Source: Alphaproteobacteria bacterium
Lineage (GTDB): Bacteria; Pseudomonadota; Alphaproteobacteria; UBA9219
Reading direction: 5' to 3'
Assembly: GCA_028690155.1 (NCBI GenBank)
Contig: JAQVBU010000008.1
Span: 7,593 to 71,592 of the forward strand
DNA length: 64,000 bases
Position numbers and translations under genes: made by a program. Shown one piece after another: positions 38,383-46,699 of the stretch (position 1 is the first letter of the stretch; every line of letters starts with the position of its first letter). A model generated the notes under the pieces. It was not told the DNA's origin, did not search any database, and was given only the letters and a program-made list of their open reading frames with translations.

Positions 38383-38785
38383 TTTTTATTCCTCCATATT
38401 GTGTTTTTCCGAAAAGCGTGATACAATATGGGTATCCGAGAACGTTGACCAATTCTCGCACCACGGCGCACGACACTCCACTGTCGTTCGCCATTTTTTG
38501 TACCCATTCTTGTTCTTCGTTCGCCTGCTGCTCCTGCGCAAGGCGCAGGAACTCCTTGAAAATCTCGTCCCTCTCTTTGTGGTAGGCGTCAAGCCGGTTC
38601 TGGTTGACCGTCTCAGCAATGAGGATCGCGAGATAGTCATCGCCGTAGTTGCGCTTGAAAAGGTCGTTCTGGAAGTCGAGTTTCATCCGTGCGTATCTCG
38701 CCGCTTCGTCGTACTCATCGTCAGTGATCGGGTGGCCGAAGCGCGCCTCCGCCATCTCCCTCAGTGTCATTTGCAGCACCTCCAT
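38339..38785 (-). CDS. hypothetical protein
   Basis: 148-aa ORF. Confidence 0.3.
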   Translation of the reverse strand: MEVLQMTLREMAEARFGHPITDDEYDEAARYARMKLDFQNDLFKRNYGDDYLAILIAETVNQNRLDAYHKERDEIFKEFLRLAQEQQANEEQEWVQKMANDSGVSCAVVRELVNVLGYPYCITLFGKTQYGGIKNVGQCAGDHQAVSY

Positions 38786-39029
38786 CCGGTATCAAGTCGA
38801 GCAAGGATACCTGCTCATGCGTCGCGCGCGCCTGCGCCATGCTTCGGTTGCCTCCGGCTCTCTGCCTTGTGCGTGGTGTGGTTTCCCCTGCCGCGCGAGG
38901 TATAGACCCACCAAACGACTTGCGGTAACACACAGGCCCGTAGCCGATTGCCCTGGCATCCGGATTCGTGAGGACCCTCCTGCACCGTTTGCAGCGCGCT
39001 GTGAGAACCGCTTCGCTCAACCTGACCAC
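38721..39029 (-). CDS. DUF6011-like small protein (CxRC...GYGPVC motif)
   Basis: CKRCRRVLTNPDARAIGYGPVCYRK. First gene downstream of promoter copy 2. Confidence 0.35.
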   Translation of the reverse strand: MVRLSEAVLTARCKRCRRVLTNPDARAIGYGPVCYRKSFGGSIPRAAGETTPRTRQRAGGNRSMAQARATHEQVSLLDLIPDGGAANDTEGDGGGALRPPDH

Positions 39030-39066
39030 CTCCCTTTATTGTTTCAAAATGGATCTTTGTGCGCTT

Positions 39067-39095
39067 ATTATAGCCCCAATACGGGGCATTGTCAA
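39067..39095 (-). promoter_or_regulatory. promoter-operator cassette copy 2 (TTGACA-N17-TATAAT, palindromic spacer)
   Basis: Reverse complement reads TTGACAatgccccgtattggggcTATAAT. Confidence 0.6.
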
Positions 39096-39101
39096 TATAA
39101 A

Positions 39102-39383
39102 TTATGCGCGCCCTGTGTTCCTGGCGATTCCGGTTTTTGAGAACCCATTTTCCACAAACTCCCGTTCAAAATTTGGATTGGTATAGCTGAAAGGGGAATC
39201 GTCTCCGCTTGCGGCTTTTTTGAGTGCGTAGCACTCCATATTTGCGCTATCGAGGCGCTTCTTGAGATCGTCGATCTGGCGCGTGTGATAGCTTCGCTCG
39301 CGCCTGATCGCTTGGGTCTTGTCCCATACGACAATGCGGTCCAAAGCGATACCGATTATGGCAGCCAAGATGTAGAAAAACAT
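39102..39383 (-). CDS. small membrane protein (1 TM)
   Basis: MFFYILAAIIGIALDRIVVW. Confidence 0.3.
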   Translation of the reverse strand: MFFYILAAIIGIALDRIVVWDKTQAIRRERSYHTRQIDDLKKRLDSANMECYALKKAASGDDSPFSYTNPNFEREFVENGFSKTGIARNTGRA

Positions 39384-39577
39384 TACTTCGTCCCCTCCTT
39401 GTGCTCGTAGACGATGCCTGAGCGCAGCCCCCAGCCGATCATTATGCCAAGTGCCAAAGTCGCCATGAATGCGAACCAGCCGTCGAGATAACCGTCCGTG
39501 TACATGAGCATGAAGCCGTCCGCAGCGTCTTCGAGAAGGGTTCCGAGGCTCTGCAGCCAACCGACAAGCGCGTTCAT
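39383..39577 (-). CDS. small membrane protein (2 TM)
   Basis: Two hydrophobic helices in 64 aa. Confidence 0.3.
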   Translation of the reverse strand: MNALVGWLQSLGTLLEDAADGFMLMYTDGYLDGWFAFMATLALGIMIGWGLRSGIVYEHKEGTK

Positions 39578-39737
39578 CGCACCGCGCTCCCTTCTTCGAT
39601 TTCTACCTTTTTTTCAAGCGCGGCAAGAATGCACTGCGCGCAGTCATGGAGGCAATCCACCGGCTTGGGGAGCGTCGTGTCGCAGATGCACAGAGGGCTA
39701 TCCGCTATCGCGCGCACCAAGATTTCGAGCGCCCCGG

Positions 39738-40025
39738 TCATGCGAACACTTCCTTTCTACGCCGCCCTTGGCGGCACTGTTCTGCGGCCTTGGCCCCTTC
39801 TTCAATGAGTTGATCCAAGCGGCTCTTAGTTTTTCCCTTGGCGTTCTTGTGCGCCTCGCAGTAAGCTTCAAACCCTTCTATGTCGATGCGCAGGGTGCCT
39901 TTATCTCGGAAAACAATTCCGAGGGGTTCGCATTCGTGCATGATGTCGTAGGCCTTGCTCTTTTTGACATCGAGGATTTTCATAATATCAGAAGCCTTGT
40001 AGTAGGACTGCTTCGCGGCCGGCAT
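39738..40025 (-). CDS. HTH DNA-binding protein (excisionase/MerR-like HTH_17)
   Basis: SYYKASDIMKILDVKKSKAYDIMHEC resembles excisionase-family HTH. Confidence 0.35.
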   Translation of the reverse strand: MPAAKQSYYKASDIMKILDVKKSKAYDIMHECEPLGIVFRDKGTLRIDIEGFEAYCEAHKNAKGKTKSRLDQLIEEGAKAAEQCRQGRRRKEVFA

Positions 40026-40041
40026 ATCCTTGCCTCCTTTG

Positions 40042-40524
40042 TTAAACGTCCATCCCGTTCTTCTCGGTATAAATCTGTAGCGCGTGGATTGCTGCCTTCA
40101 ACCCGCCGAGACGTTTTACGATCTTCCGGAAACTCTCGATCTCGTGCTCGTCGACACTTCCGTTGGCAGCAATCATCAAAAGGGTTTTTGCATCTTCCGA
40201 GATGTCCTCGGTTGCCCCGAAGAAGCGTATGGCGACTTGCTCAAGCGGTCGATTCTCCGCCCTGGGGACTCGTCCTTTACCAAGCGGGCATTGCTCGGCG
40301 CAATAATTTGTTATAAGCTCCGGAGCCCGATATACCTGCGCCATACGGCGAACGTTGTAGTTGCTTGGCACGGTCTCGTCTCGTTCCCACCGGCCAATCG
40401 TCTCGGGAGAACCTACCTCAAGCACTTCTGCCGCCCCTGCGTGGGTTGCCAGCTTCTCGTTGCTGGATGCGGCGGCCAATCTCGCCTCGCGGTATTGGTC
40501 TCCGAGCGTTTTACTACCAGTCAA
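40042..40524 (-). CDS. XRE-family HTH regulator
   Basis: LGDQYREARLAAASSNEKLA HTH_XRE pattern. Confidence 0.5.
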   Translation of the reverse strand: MTGSKTLGDQYREARLAAASSNEKLATHAGAAEVLEVGSPETIGRWERDETVPSNYNVRRMAQVYRAPELITNYCAEQCPLGKGRVPRAENRPLEQVAIRFFGATEDISEDAKTLLMIAANGSVDEHEIESFRKIVKRLGGLKAAIHALQIYTEKNGMDV

Positions 40525-40589
40525 AGTCCTTTTCCACCTCCGCTCTATGCGGTATACTCTACATACAGTCCCTTGAATGCGTGACCTGA

Positions 40590-40826
40590 TCAGTGGGATT
40601 GCACGAGCCGCTCAACAGGGAATCCGAACAACTGAGAAAGCTTGACCGCAACTTCGATGCTCGGGTTCTTCGTGCCGTATTCCAACTTCTGGTAGTATTC
40701 GGGTGTCACGTCGATGGCAAGGGCTGCCTCGAACTGCGTAAGCTTCTTCGACTCTCGGATGTCCTTGAGCCATTCGCGCCTTCCGTAGTATTTCACGATT
40801 ATTTCCTCCTTCCCTTTGACATACAT
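40590..40826 (-). CDS. Cro-like XRE-family HTH regulator
   Basis: LKDIRESKKLTQFEAALAIDVTPEYYQKLEYG. Divergent from the 41197 gene across an operator-bearing intergenic region. Confidence 0.55.
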   Translation of the reverse strand: MYVKGKEEIIVKYYGRREWLKDIRESKKLTQFEAALAIDVTPEYYQKLEYGTKNPSIEVAVKLSQLFGFPVERLVQSH

Positions 40827-41138
40827 CCCGTTAGGATGTATAATACAGAGTGAATTATTGTGCCTAGGGGGTAATAGTGGTGTCCGAGATCGTTTACTGC
40901 GAAGCCATCAATGATCAGGTAGAGATCGTTGTCAAGCTGATCCAGTCCCCGATTCCGACAAGCGGAAAGTTCGGCCTCGATCAGATACCTGTCTCGGCGA
41001 CCTGCGAGCACGCTGCCACGTGCGAGGAATCGGGCAGCACTGAATGCCGTGTCACGACGAATCGTGCCATGTATGAGTAGTGCAGAACACCTCCTTTGTC
41101 TGGCGATTCGGGTATGGGGGTTGTATGTCTGCATTATA

Positions 41139-41186
41139 ACGCACTGTGGTGCGCTTGTCAACCCATAAACGCACTTTGGTGCGCAA
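41139..41186. promoter_or_regulatory. pair of inverted-repeat operators (ACGCAC-N4-GTGCGC) in the divergent intergenic region
   Basis: aacgcactgtggtgcgc and aacgcactttggtgcgc, about 30 bp apart, between divergent HTH genes. Confidence 0.5.
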
Positions 41187-41196
41187 ATATTTTTAG

Positions 41197-41565
41197 GTGG
41201 TGAGCTTGGTGTTTTATGACAACTTCCTTGCCGCATGTGCGCGAGCTGACGTAAAGCCGACAGCCGTTATTGTAGAGGCCGGGCTCAGTAGCGGCAATAT
41301 ATCAAAATGGAAGAAGGGCGTCGTGCCGAGCGGGGAAATCATCCTTAAACTCGCAAAAATGCTGCGGGTTTCGACGGACGCGCTTTTGGACGGGTTGGAT
41401 GCGCCGGAAGATGCGGATGCGCAAAACAGACCCGCCCCCGTAATCGGAGACGGGCCCTCTCAGGTAAGTATTAACCTCGCCACGAAGATCGATCTTCTGT
41501 CTGAACAGTCTCGTCGGGAGCTGGAGAACTACATAGCGTATCTCGAATCGAGAGACGAGCAATAA
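41197..41565 (+). CDS. XRE-family HTH regulator (non-ATG start)
   Basis: GLSSGNISKWKKG...ILKLAKMLRVSTDALL HTH_XRE. GTG/TTG start near 41197-41206. Confidence 0.45.
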   Translation: MVSLVFYDNFLAACARADVKPTAVIVEAGLSSGNISKWKKGVVPSGEIILKLAKMLRVSTDALLDGLDAPEDADAQNRPAPVIGDGPSQVSINLATKIDLLSEQSRRELENYIAYLESRDEQ

Positions 41566-41838
41566 GTTCCAGTACTTCTGCCGGACAACCAAGCGCTTCT
41601 ATTCGTAGCGCGAGGTCTAGTGATTGTTCAGTGGGATGGCATACACAGGCTCCCTTCTGACAAACCGGCTCGTCCATATTTGCGCCCTCCGATTATACCA
41701 TATTTTGGAATCCGCATCCATTGGTAAAAGATAGCAATTACTTTAAACCCAAGGACATCCGGCACCGAAGCGGGTGAGAGGCAGGGTGGTATTTGATGGT
41801 TTCTTTGTAGCAGCGGGATAGCCTCTCGGGAAATTATA

Positions 41839-42039
41839 ATGGTTTGGTATAGGAGGATGGTCAGAATGCGAATAATTGGAATACTCTTGGTTATCCTGGG
41901 CGTCGTCGGGACCGCCCTGTCATCTATGATGTTTGGCGATATAGGAATCGCCGGAATGATCGCATCGTTGTCATCGTTGCTCGCCGGCATTGGATTTTGC
42001 AAGGCCCACAAGCGACTGAAAGGGATGGAGAGAAAATGA
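41839..42039 (+). CDS. small membrane protein (2 TM)
   Basis: IGILLVILGVVGTALS and IAGMIASLSSLLAGIGF. Confidence 0.3.
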   Translation: MVWYRRMVRMRIIGILLVILGVVGTALSSMMFGDIGIAGMIASLSSLLAGIGFCKAHKRLKGMERK

Positions 42040-42578
42040 AGAAGATTTTTGCGTTTGTGCTGATCCTCTCGTTGGCTTTTGCCTCGTGTGCCAGCTCGGA
42101 GGGTGAGAGCGAATACGATCTCGACACCATGTCGGCCGACGAGCTTTATGCGCTCATCGACGCAGCGAGACTCCGCCTAATGGAATTTGACGGCACATAT
42201 GCTGAGCCCGATATGGTGCTGTACGACGAGCAAGGGGTGAAAGTCGCTGTAGCGGACTGGAATGTGCGGTCGTTCGGAAAGGACGATGCCACGCTGGATA
42301 TGAACATCATCATTGAGAATGACACGGATGCGGCGATCATTGTATTTGCCAAGAATCCCCGCTTGAACGGGTGGGCGCTTTCTGATGTGTCATCGTCTTC
42401 AATAGAATCGGGAGCGCGTGCCCGGAAGAAATTTTCGTTTGATTATGTCGGGAGCAAGGCAGACGTGATGAGCAACGATGATCTGCAGGACATCCAGTTT
42501 GCCTTGACCGTCACAGGGGTCGACTACAAGACGCTTGCGAGTACCGATGTTCGGTTGCAGTTTGGCAATCACGAATAG
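42036..42578 (+). CDS. secreted lipoprotein
   Basis: Signal peptide MKKIFAFVLILSLAFASC with lipobox; located in the lysogeny module. Confidence 0.5.
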   Translation: MKKIFAFVLILSLAFASCASSEGESEYDLDTMSADELYALIDAARLRLMEFDGTYAEPDMVLYDEQGVKVAVADWNVRSFGKDDATLDMNIIIENDTDAAIIVFAKNPRLNGWALSDVSSSSIESGARARKKFSFDYVGSKADVMSNDDLQDIQFALTVTGVDYKTLASTDVRLQFGNHE

Positions 42579-42804
42579 GCCTCCCGCGCTTGGGTTTCCC
42601 TCTTGACACAGCAAAGAGATCGTCGTTGGTATAGCGGAGGATGATTTTAATCCTCATGCTGAGGTTGAGAGATGGCGATTTCGTGCCCCCCTCGATCTGC
42701 GAATAATGACTGCGCGAGATGCCGAGTTGCGAAGCAATCGAGTACTGCGTATACCCGGCATTCGCGCGCATAGTGGATAGTTTCTCTCTCATATAAGCCT
42801 CCAT
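42511..42804 (-). CDS. XRE-family HTH regulator (cro-side of the main switch)
   Basis: AGYTQYSIASQLGISRSHYSQIEGGTKSP. Directly downstream of promoter copy 3. Confidence 0.5.
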   Translation of the reverse strand: MEAYMREKLSTMRANAGYTQYSIASQLGISRSHYSQIEGGTKSPSLNLSMRIKIILRYTNDDLFAVSRGKPKRGRPIRDCQTATEHRYSQASCSRPL

Positions 42805-42833
42805 CTCGGTTTCGGATTGGGATTTCTATACTC

Positions 42834-42862
42834 ATTATAGCCCCGTTTTGGGGCATTGTCAA
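42834..42862 (-). promoter_or_regulatory. promoter-operator cassette copy 3, in the divergent region between the 42804 gene and the cI-like gene
   Basis: Reverse complement reads TTGACAatgccccaaaacggggcTATAAT. Overlaps the 5' UTR of the cI-like gene. Confidence 0.6.
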
Positions 42863-42873
42863 GGAGGATTGGT

Positions 42874-43314
42874 ATGGCAATATTCGGTGAACGGCTTGTG
42901 GCGGCAAGGAAAGAGGCTGGCCTAACGCAATACCTGCTGGCTGAAAAACTCCAGCTCCCGCGTTCCACGATTTCTGGCTACGAAACGGAAGGGAAAGAGG
43001 CACCATATGCGATGCTGGCTCGCATTGCGACCCTGCTCGGCGTCACCACGGACTACCTTACGGGCAAGAGTGACAAACGGACAACTGCCGTCGAAACGGT
43101 TGTCATGGGGGAACTATCCAATCTACAGCGCGCGTACGACGCTGCCCGCCCTGCGGTACGATCCGCAGTTGCCGCAATGCTCGGAGATGTCTATGCAATC
43201 ATGGCTGAGGCGCTCGATAGCGAAAGCCCGGATAAACTAGCCGCCTGTGCCGAGTTTCTGTCGGCGGCGCGGCGCATGTATGCGCCGATGACCGGTGATG
43301 GACATGGCAAGTGA
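42874..43314 (+). CDS. cI-like repressor (XRE HTH)
   Basis: ATG at 42874 after GGAGG. LTQYLLAEKLQLPRSTISGYE HTH. Immediately upstream of the integrase. Confidence 0.6.
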   Translation: MAIFGERLVAARKEAGLTQYLLAEKLQLPRSTISGYETEGKEAPYAMLARIATLLGVTTDYLTGKSDKRTTAVETVVMGELSNLQRAYDAARPAVRSAVAAMLGDVYAIMAEALDSESPDKLAACAEFLSAARRMYAPMTGDGHGK

Positions 43315-44551
43315 GGCAAAGAAACCCGGACGGCGCAGGAAGGGGCAACGGAAGGATGGGCTGATCGCGGTCTATGGTGATTATGGGCGCCGGCCGGACG
43401 GATCACGCGACCGCAAGACCTTCTATGGGCATACGTGGGAAGAAGCCGACGCGCAGCGCAAGGCGTATGCTGAGGAACGAAAGCTCGGCGCGCCATTCGG
43501 AAGTGACAAGATCACCGTATCCGAGTGGTGCGACGAGTGGTTCAGCAACTACAAGCCCAAGGTGAAAGGGACGAACAGAGTATCCTATAACGCTTACATA
43601 GCTCGCTTGAAGAACGACCTCGGATTTGCGTTGGTGCGCGACGTTCTACATATCCACCTCCAGGCATCTTTGAACAAGATGTCGGGGATGTCAATGTCAT
43701 CCATCACAAAGTACAAGATGGTTTTGCAACAGGTATTTGCTCGTGCCAGGCAAAACAAGATCATTCGAGACGATCCGTCGGAAATGCTCGAAATCCCAGA
43801 GGGGACAGAGGGGGAGCACCGGGCCCTTGAACGCTGGGAGGCTGATTTCATTGTCGAGCATTGGTCGGAGTATCGCACCGGTTTATGGATAATGTTGATG
43901 CTGCTCGCAGGTCTGCGACGCGGCGAAATGTCGGCTCTGTCTTGGGACAGCATCGACTTGACGGCGAGAACGATCACCGTGTTCCAAGCCGCTGAGTATG
44001 TCTCGAATCAGCCGGTCATAAAGGATACCACAAAAACGGACGCGGGGATGCGTACATTGCCGATATGCGATGCCTTGTACGTCGCGCTATGCTCCGTACC
44101 CAAGGCGCACAGAACCGGTCTGGTCTGCCTGTCTGCGCACAAGAAGCCGTTATCGCAGAGAGCGATGGAAAAGGGCCTCGGAGGTTTCAACGTGGCAATG
44201 GAACGCCTCCTTAACGGTGAGCCGGTGAAACAACAGGGTAGACGGAAGGATGTCGAATGTGGTAAAATGACCGAGGAAGAAATCGCTGCGATGGAAAAGC
44301 GGGCGAAAGAGCGAAAGCGTTTTGAGATTCGCATGCATGATCTCCGCTATACGTTCGCCACTGCTCTGTACGATGCCGGGGTGGATGTAAAGACCGCGCA
44401 GTACTATCTCGGGCATGCCGACATCCGGATGACAATGGAACTCTACACAAGAATTTCCAAAGAGCGCGAAAATTTGGCTCGAGCAAAGACGATCAGTTTC
44501 CTCGATTCTTGGTTCAAAAAGGAGCCTCCAACAATGCGTTCAGAGCAGTAA
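43295..44551 (+). CDS. int: tyrosine-type site-specific integrase
   Basis: C-terminal catalytic box HDLRYTFATALYDAGVDVKTAQYYLGHADIRMTMELYTR (R..HxxR..Y). Confidence 0.85.
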   Translation: MMDMASEAKKPGRRRKGQRKDGLIAVYGDYGRRPDGSRDRKTFYGHTWEEADAQRKAYAEERKLGAPFGSDKITVSEWCDEWFSNYKPKVKGTNRVSYNAYIARLKNDLGFALVRDVLHIHLQASLNKMSGMSMSSITKYKMVLQQVFARARQNKIIRDDPSEMLEIPEGTEGEHRALERWEADFIVEHWSEYRTGLWIMLMLLAGLRRGEMSALSWDSIDLTARTITVFQAAEYVSNQPVIKDTTKTDAGMRTLPICDALYVALCSVPKAHRTGLVCLSAHKKPLSQRAMEKGLGGFNVAMERLLNGEPVKQQGRRKDVECGKMTEEEIAAMEKRAKERKRFEIRMHDLRYTFATALYDAGVDVKTAQYYLGHADIRMTMELYTRISKERENLARAKTISFLDSWFKKEPPTMRSEQ

Positions 44552-44554
44552 ATT

Positions 44555-44890
44555 TCGCGTCCGGCAGTAAAATGGCAGTAATTGGAAATGGGGCGCCGCA
44601 TGATTATTCAGTATTCCACGCTATGGATTAAATATATACGGAATATGCGCGGAATCAAGAATAAAATGCACTTTGAGGGGTTTGAATGGGGTTCAAGAGG
44701 CCGGAGGTTCAAATCCTCTCACCCAGACCAGAGAAACAGCACGGATTTACAAAAATCAGTGCTGTTTTATTGTATATATTCCACAAAAGTAGGCCATTCC
44801 TAGCCCTTTCTCACGTCATATAGTGGTTCTGAATCGTCCGTTCCGTCCGGGTTTTCCGCATCGTCGGCAGTAAAATGGCAGTAATGTGTT
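44555..44890. other. attP region: AT-rich, core flanked by 21-bp arm-type direct repeats
   Basis: cggcagtaaaatggcagtaat at 44562-44582 and 44865-44885 flank the tRNA-fragment core. AT-rich, in contrast to the GC-rich flanks. Confidence 0.55.
44686..44731 (+). other. tRNA 3' fragment (T-arm, acceptor 3' strand and CCA) = att core
   Basis: GGAGGTTCAAATCCTCTCACCCAGACCA; no complementary 5' acceptor strand upstream. Confidence 0.55.
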
Positions 44891-44951
44891 TTCGCGGGCA
44901 GTAGGCGGAACAGCTTTTTCTCAAAAAGCCCTATTTTGAATCAAATAAGTG

Positions 44952-44980
44952 TTGACATAGCCCCGATTTGGGGCTATAAT
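44952..44980 (+). promoter_or_regulatory. promoter-operator cassette copy 4 (plus strand)
   Basis: TTGACAtagccccgatttggggcTATAAT, followed by GGAGGG and ATG at 45007. Confidence 0.6.
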
Positions 44981-45006
44981 GGTCTTGACACGAAGGAGGG
45001 ACGCTG

Positions 45007-45586
45007 GATGGCAGGTTTGGTAATGGCGAACGACGGCCGTATCATCAATGCCCCGGTTTGGGTCTATACGAATGTATCGGCGTCCCAGAATGAGCTCGTC
45101 TACGCATATCATCTGGTGAATCGCCCTCCATCTATCGGAACCCATCCAAAAGATGACATAGGCGTCGTGAGTTATCGCTACCAGACGTACCAGGACACCA
45201 TCGGGCGTTGCGCATGGGGCATGGTGATCTACAACCGCCCTTTGACGCAGCGAGAAGTGGACGAGTACGAGCTTATACCCGACAGCGATACCGATTGTAG
45301 GTACAGGCAGTACGCGATCCTGCGCGCGGCTTTCAAAAAGGCCGGGGGCAGGAAGGTAGCCGAATGGAGCTTCCTGCTCTCGTGCGACGGTCTCGTATGG
45401 TTGTCGTGCTCGGAGACAAAAGCCAAGGAGCAGGCCAACGCGCTCGACCTCAAGGCGACTGAAAGCGGCGATGATCTGACGCGATATTTTGTTCGCAAAG
45501 TAGCGGACGCCTCCGACATCGCCAGAAAGGGCTTTCGGAGGACGTTTACATCGAACCCCATAAAGAGGGCGGCAGGCTGCAGCTGA
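45007..45586 (+). CDS. hypothetical protein, first gene of the rightward operon
   Basis: 193-aa ORF with good RBS just downstream of promoter copy 4; no recognised domain. Confidence 0.4.
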
Positions 45587-45769
45587 TCGCCCAGTGCATA
45601 CGGTGGATCGCCGAGAAAGGTCGATACAGGGGATACTCGTTCGGCAGATTGGAGGTGATTGCGTGCCGCGGCTTTTATGATTTAGCGCGAGCCACAAGGT
45701 AGGCCCGGAAAAAGAAGGCTCGGCCGGGAAGAATCACCGGGGCGCTCTTACGGAAGGGGGTGAGTTCAA

Positions 45770-45958
45770 GTGTGGAGCTACTATGACGTTATTGACTGGT
45801 ATGATCTCCAATATGATGCGTCTTTCAGCGCGAATGGCGCTGATGGCGTAAGGAGCATGGTGGACAACCTCGCCCGCCCGACCAAAGGCAAGAGCGTCGT
45901 ACCCCAAGCAGCGAGAGCACACCGCAAGCGGTTTCACGTCTGTGCTACCGGCATCTAG
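45770..45958 (+). CDS. hypothetical small protein
   Basis: 62-aa ORF. Confidence 0.2.
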   Translation: MWSYYDVIDWYDLQYDASFSANGADGVRSMVDNLARPTKGKSVVPQAARAHRKRFHVCATGI

Positions 45959-46249
45959 GTACGCAAAGCCGCTCGAAAAGTCAATGCCGCCTGAAAGGGA
46001 GCGGAGGCGGCGCAGCAGTTCTCGGGATCATTGAGGGGCTCTGCCGCTCCTGACGCCAGCATGCGTCCACGAGTACCGAGAACACAGGAATACACGTGAA
46101 ACAAAAAGCCATCGCAGGAAGCTCGTACCAGAGTTGAAAATGTGAACCCTGCGAGAACAGGATCACGGCACCGTAAGATCGCGAATGGTACTTCGCGTGA
46201 GGTCACCGAATCCAGCCAGTGCCGGGGAGTAACGGCCTCTCCGGCCTCA

Positions 46250-46325
46250 TGCCGCCGTAGCTCAATTGGCAGAGCGCTGGTCTTCCAAACCGGTTGTTAC
46301 GGGTTCGATCCCCGTCGACGGCTCC
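46250..46325 (+). tRNA. tRNA-Gly (anticodon UCC)
   Basis: Cloverleaf: acceptor GCCGCCG, D-arm GCTC-AATTGGCA-GAGC, anticodon loop CTTCCAA, T-loop TTCGATC, discriminator T, encoded CCA; one A-C mismatch in the acceptor stem. Confidence 0.7.
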
Positions 46326-46423
46326 AAGCCCGAATGGGCTTTTACCAAGGATCATATCGCTTCCCCAGAAAGGAGGTGACTGGTATCTCTGAACAACTTC
46401 CAATCGGCGTTGACCTCGGCGAA

Positions 46424-46687
46424 TACATGGGCATTCTGGCCGAACAACTCGGTCTCGTGGCGCATGAGATCAGAAAATTGTTGTCAAAACTGCGTGAGGA
46501 ACTTTTGGGTTCGATCGACGAGCTTTTGGGAGCGATCTTGGAAGCCGATGAGAGACTTGTGGAAGATGGTCCCCGCAGGCCGCAGTGGAATCCCACGACG
46601 TCCCCGCGCTATTTGCCGCCTGTGAGCGACAAGCGCGAAAGCAATCCGGCGAGAGCGCGGTTCTTCACATGTGCCGGAGGTCAGTAG
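46424..46687 (+). CDS. hypothetical small ORF (doubtful)
   Basis: Internal ATG of a longer ORF whose N-terminus overlaps tRNA-Gly. Confidence 0.2.
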   Translation, partial: YMGILAEQLGLVAHEIRKLLSKLREELLGSIDELLGAILEADERLVEDGPRRPQWNPTTSPRYLPPVSDKRESNPARARFFTCAGGQ

Positions 46688-46699
46688 CGAGGCGGCATG

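Noticed and set aside
41628-42011. 127-aa minus-strand ORF antisense to the small membrane protein gene
   Set aside because: Pro/Ile-rich low-complexity translation with no start context; likely an antisense artefact.
43295-44731. Calling the integrase plus tRNA fragment a prophage-host junction (attR)
   Set aside because: Both arm-type direct repeats flank the core within 330 bp and phage-type genes continue on the far side, which fits an intact attP better than a junction.
44582-44803. 73-aa ORF spanning the att core
   Set aside because: It lies in the AT-rich attP region, overlaps the tRNA fragment and has no RBS; considered non-coding.
46142-46687. 181-aa ORF across tRNA-Gly
   Set aside because: Its N-terminal half is the tRNA gene; at most a short internal ORF (46424-46687) could be real.
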